From Actinomycetota bacterium (GTDB lineage: Bacteria; Actinomycetota; UBA4738), in the NCBI GenBank assembly GCA_036721725.1, contig DAIMKN010000001.1:1-53662 (forward strand): DNA of 53,662 nt, written 5' to 3'. A program made the translations under genes and the position numbers. The first letter of the stretch is position 1. Each line of letters opens with the position of its first letter. This document shows, piece after piece, positions 16,245 through 25,910 of this stretch. The notes beneath the pieces are model-generated. The model was not told the DNA's origin, made no database searches, and saw only the letters and a list, made by a program, of their open reading frames with translations.

Positions 16245-18097
16245 GGGCTCGTGACTCCGGCACCACCCGGCGTCCATCCCCAGCCCGCCGGCCACCCTCT
16301 GCTCGCCGTCGTGCCAGCCGCCGGCCCACCGCCTCCGCTCGCGCCAACGCGGCGCGCCGGCGGGCCCGGCCGTCACGGCGCCCGCCCGCCAACCGGCTGG
16401 TGGCCCTGATGGTGGCGTTCGTCATGGCCATCACGGGGATCTTCGTTCGGCTGCTGTTCCTGCAGGTGAAGGACGCCTCGGCCCTGGAGGCCATGGCGCG
16501 CAACCAGCGGGTCAGGACCATCCCGCTGCCCGCCTCCCGCGGCACGATCTTCGACCGGAGCGGGCACGAGCTCGCCATGTCGCTGGCGGCCAAAGCGATG
16601 TTCGCCGACCCCAAGCTCATCAACCACCCGTGGATCGAGGCGAATCTGGTGGCGGGCGAGCTCGGACTCCAACCCCGGACCGTCCACGACCTCATGGTGC
16701 AGACGAATCGGTTCCAGTACCTGGCGAGGGGCGTGGACACGACCACGGCCACCCGGATCCAGAAGGAGCTGGTGCAGCAGAAGCTGACCGGCGTGGGGTT
16801 CCAGGACGAGACGCGGCGGTACTACCCGGCCGGCCCGCTCGCGCCGCAGGTCCTGGGGTTCGTGGGGATCGACGGCGCCGGCCTGGAAGGGATCGAACGC
16901 CAGTACAACACCCAGCTTGCCGGCCGGGCGGGCCAGCAGGTGGTCGAGGAGGACCCGTCCGGCGTCCTCATCCCGCAGGGGACGAACGTCGATCAGCCGC
17001 CGCAGCCGGGCCAGGACCTCCTGCTCACCATCGACAAGGACATCCAGTTCCACGCTCAGATGGCCCTCGCCGCGGCGGTCAAGAAGAACCATGCCAAGGG
17101 TGGCACGGTGGTCGTGCTCGACCCGCACAACGGTGACGTGCTGGCCATGGCCACCGCCCCATGGTTCGACCCGAACCACTTCTCCACGGCCAGCCCCGAC
17201 GTTCGGCGCAACCGGGCCATCACCGATGCGTACGAACCCGGCTCCGTGAACAAGGTGATCATGGCGTCGGCCGCCGTCGAGGACCACGTGCTGCGGCTGA
17301 ACCAGACCCAGGTCATCCCGGACCAGATCCCGATCTACGACCACGTCTACCACGACGCCGAGATCCACCCGACGGAGCCGATGACGCTCGGCGACATCAT
17401 CGCCTACTCCAGCAACGTGGGCGCCATCAAGACCGCCGAGCTGATGGGGGCGGACCGGTTCGCCAGCTACCTCTACAAGTTCGGGTTCGGGGCCAAGACC
17501 GGGATCGCGTTCCCGGGGGAGTCGCCGGGCATCCTGGCGCCGCCCAGCAAGTGGTGGGGCACGACGCTGCCGTCGGTCGCGATCGGGCAGGGCATCGCGG
17601 TGACGCCGCTGCAGATGGCCGCCGTCTACGCCACCATCGCCAACGGCGGGGTGTGGGTGCAGCCGCGACTGGTTCGAGGTTCCGTGGACGGCGCCGGCAA
17701 GTTCCTCGCCGCGCCGACGCCGCTCACCCGGCGGGTGGTGTCCGAACGGACCGCGCAGATCGTCACGCGGATGCTCGCCTACGGCGTCGACGTGGGCACG
17801 GGGAAGCAAGCGCAGATCCCCGGGTTCTGGGTGGCCGGCAAGACCGGGACGGCCCGCAAGCCGCTGGTCGGCCAGCTCGGATACAGCACCAAGTACATGG
17901 CCTCGTTCATCGGGTTCGCCCCCGCCTCGCGGCCCGCGCTGGTGGTGGCGTGCATCCTCGACGAGCCCGCCACGGTGTTCGGCGGGATCGCCTCCGCGCC
18001 GCTGTTCCAGGACATCACTCGGTTCGCCCTGGCCCGCCTGCGCGTCCCCCCCGCGCCGCAGCCGCGCATCCCTCCGCACGCCATCCCGGTGCGGTAG
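16241..18097 (+). CDS. ftsI: Peptidoglycan D,D-transpeptidase FtsI (class B PBP)
   Basis: In frame within ORF 15368..18097. GTG 16241 overlaps the ftsL stop (GTGA). TM helix LVALMVAFVMAITGIFV, a PBP dimerisation region, and transpeptidase motifs YEPGSVNK, YSSN and KTGTA. Confidence 0.9.
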   Translation: MRARDSGTTRRPSPARRPPSARRRASRRPTASARANAARRRARPSRRPPANRLVALMVAFVMAITGIFVRLLFLQVKDASALEAMARNQRVRTIPLPASRGTIFDRSGHELAMSLAAKAMFADPKLINHPWIEANLVAGELGLQPRTVHDLMVQTNRFQYLARGVDTTTATRIQKELVQQKLTGVGFQDETRRYYPAGPLAPQVLGFVGIDGAGLEGIERQYNTQLAGRAGQQVVEEDPSGVLIPQGTNVDQPPQPGQDLLLTIDKDIQFHAQMALAAAVKKNHAKGGTVVVLDPHNGDVLAMATAPWFDPNHFSTASPDVRRNRAITDAYEPGSVNKVIMASAAVEDHVLRLNQTQVIPDQIPIYDHVYHDAEIHPTEPMTLGDIIAYSSNVGAIKTAELMGADRFASYLYKFGFGAKTGIAFPGESPGILAPPSKWWGTTLPSVAIGQGIAVTPLQMAAVYATIANGGVWVQPRLVRGSVDGAGKFLAAPTPLTRRVVSERTAQIVTRMLAYGVDVGTGKQAQIPGFWVAGKTGTARKPLVGQLGYSTKYMASFIGFAPASRPALVVACILDEPATVFGGIASAPLFQDITRFALARLRVPPAPQPRIPPHAIPVR

Positions 18098-18112
18098 GAA
18101 CGGAGGTGAGCC

Positions 18113-19684
18113 ATGCTAGAATCTGCCCAGGTCAGCGCCCCCGTCGAGGTGATCGGGGGCTTTCTTTTCGACCAGCGATCAGATGTCCGTGAGTCGAACG
18201 CGCACGCCCTCATGACGCCTTCCGCGCGGGTTAGCGACCTCGCCGCGGCGGTCCCTGGCGCCCTCGTCCGGGCCGCCCGAGACGGTGCTGCCGCCACGGA
18301 CGTGACGTACCGTTCGAACGACGTCACGACGGGCGCGCTGTTCTTCTGTGTCCCCGGCCTGAAGGTCGACGGCCACCGCTACGCCGCACAGGCTGTCGAA
18401 CGCGGGGCCGTCGCGCTGGTGGTGGACCGCTGGCTGGACGTCGCCGGCCACGTCGCGCAGATCCTGGTGCCGTCCGTTCGCAAGGCCATGGGCCCGGTGT
18501 CGAGCGCCTTCTTCGGCCGGCCATCCGAGCGGCTGACGATGTCCGGCGTGACGGGGACGAACGGCAAGACGACCACCACCTATCTCCTGGAGTCCATCTT
18601 CCTCGCGGCGGATCTGGTGCCCGGGGTGGTGGGGACGACGGGCGTTCGGGTGGACGGGAAGCCCGTGCCGTTCGACCGGACAACGCCGGAAGCCCCCGAC
18701 CTGCAGCGGTTGCTGGCCGGGATGGTGGAGGCCGGCGTGCGGGCGGTGGCGATGGAGGTGTCCTCGCACGGTCTGGACCAACACCGGGTGGACGGCACCC
18801 GCTACGCCTGCGCCGTCTTCACCAACCTGACCCAGGACCACCTGGACTACCACCCCTCGATGGAGGAGTACTTCGAGGCCAAGACGAGGCTGTTCACGCC
18901 TGAGCTCAGCGAACGCGGCGCGGTCAACGCGGACTCGCCGCACGGCCGGGCGCTGGCCGAACGGAGCGGCGTGCCGGTGGTGACGTTCGGCGCCCATGCC
19001 GGGGCCGACCTCCGGGCGACGGATGTGGAGGTAACCGCTACGGGGGTGTCGTTCGTCGTTGACGGCGTGCGGGTGCGATCGCGGCTGCGGGGGACGTTCA
19101 ACGTGGAGAACTGCCTGGGGGCGTTCGCCGCGGCCCGCCAGCTCGGGCTGGCCGACGACGCGGCGGCCGAGGGCATCGCGGTCCTGGCCGGCGTGCCGGG
19201 CCGGGTCGAGCCGGTGGAGGCGGGCCAGCCGTTCCCGGTGCTGGTCGACTACGCGCACACGCCCGACAGCCTGGAGAACGTGCTTCGAACGGCGAGAGCC
19301 CTGACCGTGGGGCGGCTGATCGTGGTGTTCGGCTGCGGCGGCGACCGGGACCGGCTGAAGCGGCCGTTGATGGGCGAGGCCGCGGCCCGTCTGGCCGACC
19401 TCACCGTCATCACCAGCGACAACCCCCGGTCCGAGGTGCCGGAGGCCATCATCGCCGAGATCGAACCCGGCGCCCGCCGTGGGGGCGGACGGTATTCGGT
19501 CGAGCCCGACCGCCGGGCCGCCATCCACGCGGCCTTGGCGGAGGCCGGCCCGGACGACGTGGTGGTGGTGGCGGGCAAGGGCCACGAATCCGGCCAGACG
19601 TTCGCCGACGGCACGATGCCGTTCGACGATCGCATGGTGGTCGCCGACGAACTCGCCGCCCTCGGCTTCGGAGACAGCCGGTGA
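18113..19684 (+). CDS. murE: UDP-N-acetylmuramoyl-L-alanyl-D-glutamate--2,6-diaminopimelate ligase
   Basis: ORF track, 523 aa. GGAGG lies 6 nt upstream of ATG 18113; an alternative ATG is at 18212. Motifs GVTGTNGKTTT, DYAHTPDSL and GCGGDRD. Confidence 0.9.
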   Translation: MLESAQVSAPVEVIGGFLFDQRSDVRESNAHALMTPSARVSDLAAAVPGALVRAARDGAAATDVTYRSNDVTTGALFFCVPGLKVDGHRYAAQAVERGAVALVVDRWLDVAGHVAQILVPSVRKAMGPVSSAFFGRPSERLTMSGVTGTNGKTTTTYLLESIFLAADLVPGVVGTTGVRVDGKPVPFDRTTPEAPDLQRLLAGMVEAGVRAVAMEVSSHGLDQHRVDGTRYACAVFTNLTQDHLDYHPSMEEYFEAKTRLFTPELSERGAVNADSPHGRALAERSGVPVVTFGAHAGADLRATDVEVTATGVSFVVDGVRVRSRLRGTFNVENCLGAFAAARQLGLADDAAAEGIAVLAGVPGRVEPVEAGQPFPVLVDYAHTPDSLENVLRTARALTVGRLIVVFGCGGDRDRLKRPLMGEAAARLADLTVITSDNPRSEVPEAIIAEIEPGARRGGGRYSVEPDRRAAIHAALAEAGPDDVVVVAGKGHESGQTFADGTMPFDDRMVVADELAALGFGDSR

Positions 19685-21081
19685 TCGCCATGACGCTCGC
19701 CGAGATCGCCGCCGCGGTGGACGGCCGCGCGCGTGGTGACGGGAGCCGGCGCGTCGAGCGGGTGGTGGTCGACAGCCGGGACGTCCGGCCCGGCGACCTG
19801 TTCGTGGCGCTTCCCGGCGAGCACGCGGACGGCTCCCGCTTCGTGTCCGAGGCGCTCCGGGACGGTGCGTCGGGAGCGATGGTTCGAACGGGCAGCGGGC
19901 CCGACGACACCGGTGCGGTCATCGAGGTGGCGGACCCCGGCCGGGCGTTGATGGCGCTGGCCGGGCACCATCGTGCCGCGCTCACCGCGCGTGTCGCCGG
20001 CATCACGGGTTCCACGGGGAAGACCTGCACCAAGGACTTCGCGGCGGCGGTCCTGCGGCAGCGGTTCGACGTGGTGGCCAGCCCCGCCTCGTTCAACAAC
20101 GAGATCGGCCTGCCGCTCACGCTCCTCGCCGCCACCGCGGCCACCGGCGTGGTCGTGTGCGAGATGGGCTCGCGGGGCCCGGGCCACATCAGGCTGCTGT
20201 GCGACATCGCCCGCCCGGAGATCGGCGTCGTGACGAACGTGGGCGTCGCGCACATGGGGTTGTTCGGCACCCCGCAGGCGTTGCGCGACGCCAAGGCCGA
20301 ACTTCCCGAAGCGTTGCCCGCGGGCGGAACGGCGGTGCTGAACGGCGACGACCCGGTGGTGCGGAGCTACGCCCAACACACCCCTGCCGCGGTGGTGATG
20401 TTCGGCCAGTCGTCCGACGCGCAGGTCCGGGCCGAGGGCGTCGAACTGGACCCGGCGTCGGGACGGGCCCGGTTCGAGCTGTGGACCCCGGACGGCTCGG
20501 CCCGCGTCGTTCTTTCCGTGGCCGGTGCGCACATGGTGTCGAACGCCCTCGCCGCCGCGGCCACCGGCTGGGCCCTGGGCCTCACCGCCCCCGAGTGTGC
20601 GGAAGGATTGCGGACAGCCGAGGTCGCGGGCGGCCGGATGGAGGTCGTGGACACGCCCGCCGGCATCCGCGTGATCGACGATGCGTACAACGCCAACCCC
20701 GCCTCGATGGCGGCGGCGCTCCGGGCGGCCCGTTCGATGGCCGGCCAGGGACGGACCATCGCCGTGCTCGGCCACATGGCCGAACTCGGTTCGATCTCCC
20801 CCGGTGAGCACGAACGCATCGGCGAGCTCCTGGCCCGCCTGGGCATCGACGAGCTGGTCGTGGTGGGGGACGAGGCCCGCATGATCGCGGTCGGGGCCGA
20901 ACGCGAAGGTGTGGAGCCGCACCACATCCACCGGGTGGCGGGGGCCGAGGAAGCCGCGGAGGTCGTTCGGATGATCGCCGCGCCCGGAGACCTGGTGCTG
21001 GTGAAGGCGTCGCGCGTCGAACGGCTCGAACGGGTCGTGAACGCGCTCCGGCTCGCGTCGGGAGCGCAGGTGCGAGCGTGA
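19681..21081 (+). CDS. murF: UDP-N-acetylmuramoyl-tripeptide--D-alanyl-D-alanine ligase
   Basis: ORF track, 466 aa. GTG overlaps the murE stop; an alternative ATG is at 19690. Motifs GITGSTGKT, DDAYNANPASM and the GDLVLVKASR tail. Confidence 0.9.
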   Translation: MIAMTLAEIAAAVDGRARGDGSRRVERVVVDSRDVRPGDLFVALPGEHADGSRFVSEALRDGASGAMVRTGSGPDDTGAVIEVADPGRALMALAGHHRAALTARVAGITGSTGKTCTKDFAAAVLRQRFDVVASPASFNNEIGLPLTLLAATAATGVVVCEMGSRGPGHIRLLCDIARPEIGVVTNVGVAHMGLFGTPQALRDAKAELPEALPAGGTAVLNGDDPVVRSYAQHTPAAVVMFGQSSDAQVRAEGVELDPASGRARFELWTPDGSARVVLSVAGAHMVSNALAAAATGWALGLTAPECAEGLRTAEVAGGRMEVVDTPAGIRVIDDAYNANPASMAAALRAARSMAGQGRTIAVLGHMAELGSISPGEHERIGELLARLGIDELVVVGDEARMIAVGAEREGVEPHHIHRVAGAEEAAEVVRMIAAPGDLVLVKASRVERLERVVNALRLASGAQVRA

Positions 21082-22130
21082 CCGCGATCCTCATCGCCGC
21101 CGCCGTGGGGTTGTTCGTCACGCTGTTCGGCACACCCGTGGCCATCCGGCTGTTCCGGGCGTGGGGCTGGGGGCAGCGCATCCGCGAGGACGGACCGCAG
21201 GGTCACATGGAGAAGATGGGGACCCCGACCATGGGCGGCGTGGTGATCATCGGGGGGATGGTGCTCGCCTTCGCAGCCTCGCGGGTCGTGGTGACGTCGG
21301 TGTCGGTGGCGGGGCTGGCCGTGCTGGGCATCACGGTCGGGCTCGGCGCGGTCGGGGCGGCGGACGACCTCATCAAGATCCGCCGCCGGCGCTCGCTGGG
21401 CCTCAACAAGACCGCCAAGCTGCTCGGCCAGGCCGTCATCGCCGTGGTGTTCGGCGTGGTGGTCGTGCAGTTCTCCCACCTGCACCCCGACCTGTCGTTC
21501 ATCCGCGACACCGGACTGCGCCTGGGGCTGGCGTTCTACATCTGGGTGTTCGTCATGGTGGCCGCGTCCTCGAACGGGGTGAACCTGACGGACGGGTTGG
21601 ACGGGCTGGCGTCCGGTTCGTCCGCGCTGGTGCTCGCGGCCTACGTGATCATCTCGTTCTGGGAGTTCCGCCACACGTGCCCTGGCGTGTCGACGGTCAA
21701 GGCCTGCTACCACATCGGCCAGAAGACCGCGCTCGACCTCGCCATCGCCGCCGCGGGCAGCCTGGGTTCCGTGGCGGGCTTCCTGTGGTGGAACGCCGCG
21801 CCCGCCCGCATCTTCATGGGCGACACGGGCGCGCTGGCGCTGGGCGGACTGCTGGCGGGGCTCGCCATCATGACCAGCACCCAGCTCCTGCTGCTGATCC
21901 TGGGCGGGTTGTTCGCGCTGGTCACCGCCTCGGTCATCATCCAGGTCACCGCGTTCCGCCTGACCGGCAGGCGCGTCTTCCGAATGGCGCCCATCCACCA
22001 CCACTTCGAGCTGATGGGCTGGCCCGAGTTCACCGTGATCGTTCGGTTCTGGATCCTGGCAGGCCTGGCGGTGGCGTTGGGGCTGGGACTGTTCTACGCG
22101 GACTTCCTGGCCCGCGGAGGCACCGGGTGA
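21078..22130 (+). CDS. mraY: Phospho-N-acetylmuramoyl-pentapeptide transferase
   Basis: ORF track, 350 aa. Polytopic membrane protein with KMGTPTMGG, NGVNLTDGLDGLA, MGDTGALALGG and APIHHHFEL. Confidence 0.95.
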   Translation: MTAILIAAAVGLFVTLFGTPVAIRLFRAWGWGQRIREDGPQGHMEKMGTPTMGGVVIIGGMVLAFAASRVVVTSVSVAGLAVLGITVGLGAVGAADDLIKIRRRRSLGLNKTAKLLGQAVIAVVFGVVVVQFSHLHPDLSFIRDTGLRLGLAFYIWVFVMVAASSNGVNLTDGLDGLASGSSALVLAAYVIISFWEFRHTCPGVSTVKACYHIGQKTALDLAIAAAGSLGSVAGFLWWNAAPARIFMGDTGALALGGLLAGLAIMTSTQLLLLILGGLFALVTASVIIQVTAFRLTGRRVFRMAPIHHHFELMGWPEFTVIVRFWILAGLAVALGLGLFYADFLARGGTG

Positions 22131-23500
22131 GCGCGGTGGTGGCCGAACGCATCCTGGCCGGCGAACGCGTGGTGGTTCTCGGCTACGGCGCGAGCGGCCG
22201 GGCGGCGGTGGAGGCGTCCCGCAAGGCGGGCGCGGACGTCTGGGTCAGCGAGGCCGCATCGATGTCCCCCGGCTCGGCCGAGGGCGTTCGGGTCATGGAC
22301 GGCGGCCACCGGCCCGAGCACCTCGACGGCGCCACGCGCGTCGTGGCGAGCCCCGGCATCCCGGAGTCCGCGCCGGTGTTGACCTGGGCGATCCGCCGGG
22401 GCATCCCGGTGTGGAGCGAGCTCGAACTCGGCGCCCGGTTGTGCGGCGTGCCGTTCGTGGCGGTGACCGGGACGAACGGCAAGTCGACGACGGTCGAGAT
22501 GGTCGCCGCGGCCATGCGCGAGGCGGGCTTGTCTGCGAGGGCCTGCGGCAATGTGGGGTATCCGTTCTCCACCGCGGCCCGGGAGGGGTTCGACGCGCTC
22601 TCGGTGGAGGCGTCGTCGTTCCAGTTGCGGTTCGTCGACGAGTTCCGGCCGCGGGTGTCGGTGCTGCTGAATCTCGCGCCCGACCACATGGACTGGCACG
22701 GGTCGATTGAGGCCTACGGCGCGGCCAAGGCCCGGATCTTCGCGCGGCAGGCGGACGGCGACGTGCACGTCGGCAACCGCGACGATCCACACGCCGCGGC
22801 CATCTCCTCCGCGGCACCGTGTGAGGTCCGGTGGTTCCGAACCGGCCCTCCCCACCCGGGCGAGGTCGGAGTGGCCGGTGGCCGGGTGGTGGCGGCCTTC
22901 GACGGTGAAACCGTGGATCTGGGCGCGCCCGCGCTCACCACCGCCGCATTGCTGACGGATTCGGCCGCCGCAGCCGCGGCATGTCTCGCGTTCGGACTCA
23001 CCCCCGACGCGATCCGACGAGCGCTGGTGGCGTTCGAGCCGGGGCCGCACCGGGGACGGATCGTGGCCGAACGGGACGGGGTCCGGTTCGTCGACAACTC
23101 GAAGGCCACCAACCCGCACGCCGCGCTGGCCGCGCTGGAGGGCGTACGGGACGCGGTCCTGATCGCCGGAGGGCTGGCCAAGGGCGTCGATCTCTCGCCG
23201 CTGGCGAGCCTGGCGCCGTCCCTGGTGGGGGTCGTCGCCATCGGGGAGGCCGCGGACGACGTGGCTGATGCGTTCACCGGCCTGGTCCCCGTTCGCCGTG
23301 CCGGCTCCATGGACGACGCCGTGCGCGAGGCGTTCGACCTGGCCGTGCCCGGAGGGTCGGTCGTGCTGGCCCCGGCGTGTGCCAGCCAGGACATGTTCCG
23401 CGACTACCGCGACCGGGGCGAGAGGTTCGCCCTGGCCGCGGCGAGCCTTGGTACCCCGGCCCCCGACGACCGACCCGAGCCCAGGAGGTCCGATGCGTAG
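22127..23500 (+). CDS. murD: UDP-N-acetylmuramoylalanine--D-glutamate ligase
   Basis: In frame within ORF 21161..23500. GTG 22127 overlaps the mraY stop. Motifs VVVLGYGASGRA, AVTGTNGKSTT and DNSKATNPHA. Confidence 0.9.
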   Translation: MSAVVAERILAGERVVVLGYGASGRAAVEASRKAGADVWVSEAASMSPGSAEGVRVMDGGHRPEHLDGATRVVASPGIPESAPVLTWAIRRGIPVWSELELGARLCGVPFVAVTGTNGKSTTVEMVAAAMREAGLSARACGNVGYPFSTAAREGFDALSVEASSFQLRFVDEFRPRVSVLLNLAPDHMDWHGSIEAYGAAKARIFARQADGDVHVGNRDDPHAAAISSAAPCEVRWFRTGPPHPGEVGVAGGRVVAAFDGETVDLGAPALTTAALLTDSAAAAAACLAFGLTPDAIRRALVAFEPGPHRGRIVAERDGVRFVDNSKATNPHAALAALEGVRDAVLIAGGLAKGVDLSPLASLAPSLVGVVAIGEAADDVADAFTGLVPVRRAGSMDDAVREAFDLAVPGGSVVLAPACASQDMFRDYRDRGERFALAAASLGTPAPDDRPEPRRSDA

Positions 23501-24752
23501 CGAAGCGGCCATGACCTTCCCGCACCTCCGCGTGGTCCGGCCCGGCGAGATCTCGCCCGAGGCGGCCAAGGCCAGAACCGAACGCAGCGCCCGACGGGTG
23601 ATGGTGCTGCTGCTGCTGTCGGTCACGCTGCTGACCGCGCTCGGGTTGGTGATGGTGCTCTCAGCCAGTTCGGTCTCGGCGTTCGCCCAGTACGGTTCGA
23701 GCTTCCTGTTCTTCAAGAAGCAGCTGATCTACGCTGTGGTCGGCGCGGTGCTGGCGGTGGGGGCGGCGCGGCTGCGCTACCAGGCGTGGCAGAAGCTGTG
23801 GGTCCCGCTGCTGGGGCTGTCGGTCGCGCTGCTCGTCCTGGTGCTCCGGCCGTCAACCGGGACGACGGCGGGCGGCGCGGCGCGGTGGATCCCCCTGGGC
23901 TCGATCACGCTGCAGCCCTCCGAACTGGCCAAGCTCGCCGTGGTGACCGCGACCGCGGCCATCCTCAGCAAGAACATCCGCTACCTCGACGACGTGATCG
24001 TGTGGGCCATCCCGCTCATGCTCGTCGTCGGTGCGGTGTCGGTGCTGATCATGCTGCAGCCCGACCTGGGAACGATGATGATCATCTCCTTGAGCGTCGC
24101 GGTGATGGCGTTCGTGGCGGGCGTTCGGCTCCGGACGCTCGGGATCGCGGCGGTGCTCGGCCTGGGCGCGGGGGCGCTCCTGATCATGAAGGCTGGCTAC
24201 CGCCGAACGCGCTTCCTGTCGTTCCTCCACCCGTTCAACGACCCGCGCAACAGCGGCTGGCAGATCGTACAGTCGCTCATCGCGCTGGGGTCGGGGCACC
24301 TGTTCGGCGTGGGGCTCGGGGCGAGCCGGCAGAAGTGGATGTACGTGCCGAACGCCCACACCGACTTCATCTTCTCCATCCTCGGCGAGGAGCTGGGGCT
24401 GATGGGCGAGCTCCTGGTGCTGGCGCTGTTCGCCGGGCTCGTCTACGCGGGGATCCGGATCGCGCTGCGCGCGCCGGACACGTTCGGCCGGATCCTGGCC
24501 GGCGGCATCACGGCGTGGCTCGGACTGCAGGCGCTCATCAACATGGGCGCGGTGACGGGCGTGCTGCCCATCACGGGCGTGCCGCTGCCGTTCATGTCCT
24601 TCGGCGGTTCGTCGCTGATCGTGTCGCTGGTGGGCGTGGGGATCCTGGTCTCGGTGGGACGAGCGAGCGGGTCCGACGCGCGAACGCCGCGGCGTTCGTC
24701 CCGGGGCCGAGCAGTGTCGAGCCGCCGCCGGACCGCGTCCGCCGCGCGCTGA
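23493..24752 (+). CDS. ftsW: SEDS-family lipid II flippase / peptidoglycan glycosyltransferase FtsW
   Basis: In frame within ORF 23268..24752. AGGAGG lies 4 nt upstream of ATG 23493, and the start overlaps the end of murD. Polytopic membrane protein with LQPSELAKL, HTDFIFS and PFMSFGGSS. Confidence 0.9.
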   Translation: MRSEAAMTFPHLRVVRPGEISPEAAKARTERSARRVMVLLLLSVTLLTALGLVMVLSASSVSAFAQYGSSFLFFKKQLIYAVVGAVLAVGAARLRYQAWQKLWVPLLGLSVALLVLVLRPSTGTTAGGAARWIPLGSITLQPSELAKLAVVTATAAILSKNIRYLDDVIVWAIPLMLVVGAVSVLIMLQPDLGTMMIISLSVAVMAFVAGVRLRTLGIAAVLGLGAGALLIMKAGYRRTRFLSFLHPFNDPRNSGWQIVQSLIALGSGHLFGVGLGASRQKWMYVPNAHTDFIFSILGEELGLMGELLVLALFAGLVYAGIRIALRAPDTFGRILAGGITAWLGLQALINMGAVTGVLPITGVPLPFMSFGGSSLIVSLVGVGILVSVGRASGSDARTPRRSSRGRAVSSRRRTASAAR

Positions 24753-24785
24753 CGGTTCGGGCTAGAGCGGAGAGGAGGAGTGCGG

Positions 24786-25910
24786 ATGCGGGTGGTGATC
24801 GCGGGCGGAGGGACGGCCGGACACGTGTTCCCCGGCCTGGCCCTGGCGCGCGCGCTCTCCGCTCGTGGTCACGAAGTCTCGTTCATCGGCACCGAACGCG
24901 GCGTGGAGGCGCGGCTCATCCCCGCGGCCGGGTTCCGGTTCGACGTCGTGCCTGCCGCGCCACTCCTGCGCAAGGTCTCGTGGACCACCATCCGCGCACC
25001 CTTGGTCGCGCTCCGGGCGATGCGCGCCGCACGAGAGGTGGTCCGGAACGCGGACGTGGTGGTGGGCATGGGCGGCTACGTCAGCATCCCGGCGGCGCTG
25101 GCCGCGGCGCGCGAACGTGTCCCGGTCGTCCTGCACGAACAGAACGCCGTGCCCGGACTGGCCAACCGGATGCTGTCGCGGCGAGCCCGAACGGTCGCGT
25201 TGTCGTTCGCCGACGCCGAACCGCTCTTCCCCCGGCATCCCGGTTCGGCCATAACGGTGACGGGCAACCCGGTGCGCGAGGAGATCCTCCGAGTCGCCGA
25301 GGGCCGCGAGGTCCTGGCCAAGGAGGGTCGCCGCGAGCTGGACCTGTTGGAGGACCGGCGGACCATCGTGATCTTCGGCGGCAGCCAGGGCGCGCTGCAC
25401 ATCGACCGGGCGGCGGTGGGAGCGTGCCGTCTCCTGGAGGGCCGTTCGGATCTGCAGGTCGTCCTGATCACCGGGCCGGCCCATCTGGGTCTCATCGAAC
25501 GGGCCGGGCCCGGCGGCGAATCGTTGACCGTTCGGCTGTTCGGGTTCGTCGAACGGATGGAGCTGGTGTACGCCTGCGCGGATCTGGTGGTGTCGCGGTC
25601 GGGCGCGACCACTGCGGCGGAGGTCACTGCGTGCGGTCTCCCCAGCCTGCTGATCCCGTATCCGTACGCCACCGGGCGGCATCAGGAGGCCAACGCCCGT
25701 TCGCTTCAGCGCTCGGGCGCCGCGGACGTTCTGCTGGACGACCAGGTGACGGGGGAGTCGCTGGCCGACCGGATCCTGAGTCTGATCGACAGCCCCGAGC
25801 GCCTGCGTTCGATGGGCGAACGAGCGCGGGCGTGCGGTCGCCGTGACGCCGCCGAAAGGTTGGCCGACGCGGTGACGGCGGCGGCGTGGCGAACGCCGGA
25901 GGCGACGTGA
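24786..25910 (+). CDS. murG: UDP-N-acetylglucosamine--N-acetylmuramyl-(pentapeptide) pyrophosphoryl-undecaprenol GlcNAc transferase
   Basis: ORF track 24780..25910. AGGAGGA lies 6 nt upstream of ATG 24786. Motifs GGGTAGHVFPGLALA, FGGSQGA and SRSGATTAAE. Confidence 0.9.
   Translation: MRVVIAGGGTAGHVFPGLALARALSARGHEVSFIGTERGVEARLIPAAGFRFDVVPAAPLLRKVSWTTIRAPLVALRAMRAAREVVRNADVVVGMGGYVSIPAALAAARERVPVVLHEQNAVPGLANRMLSRRARTVALSFADAEPLFPRHPGSAITVTGNPVREEILRVAEGREVLAKEGRRELDLLEDRRTIVIFGGSQGALHIDRAAVGACRLLEGRSDLQVVLITGPAHLGLIERAGPGGESLTVRLFGFVERMELVYACADLVVSRSGATTAAEVTACGLPSLLIPYPYATGRHQEANARSLQRSGAADVLLDDQVTGESLADRILSLIDSPERLRSMGERARACGRRDAAERLADAVTAAAWRTPEAT

Noticed and set aside
15368-23500. Very long N-terminal extensions of ftsI (909 aa), murD (779 aa), ftsW (494 aa), yggS (423 aa), sepF (337 aa), divIVA (634 aa), rluD (404 aa), trpA (529 aa) and the histidine kinase (485 aa) in the ORF track. 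Several of these lie outside the coordinates given here.
   Set aside because: The extensions overlap the upstream genes in another frame and are low-complexity. GTGA/ATGA overlaps or SD-preceded internal starts give N-termini that match homologs.
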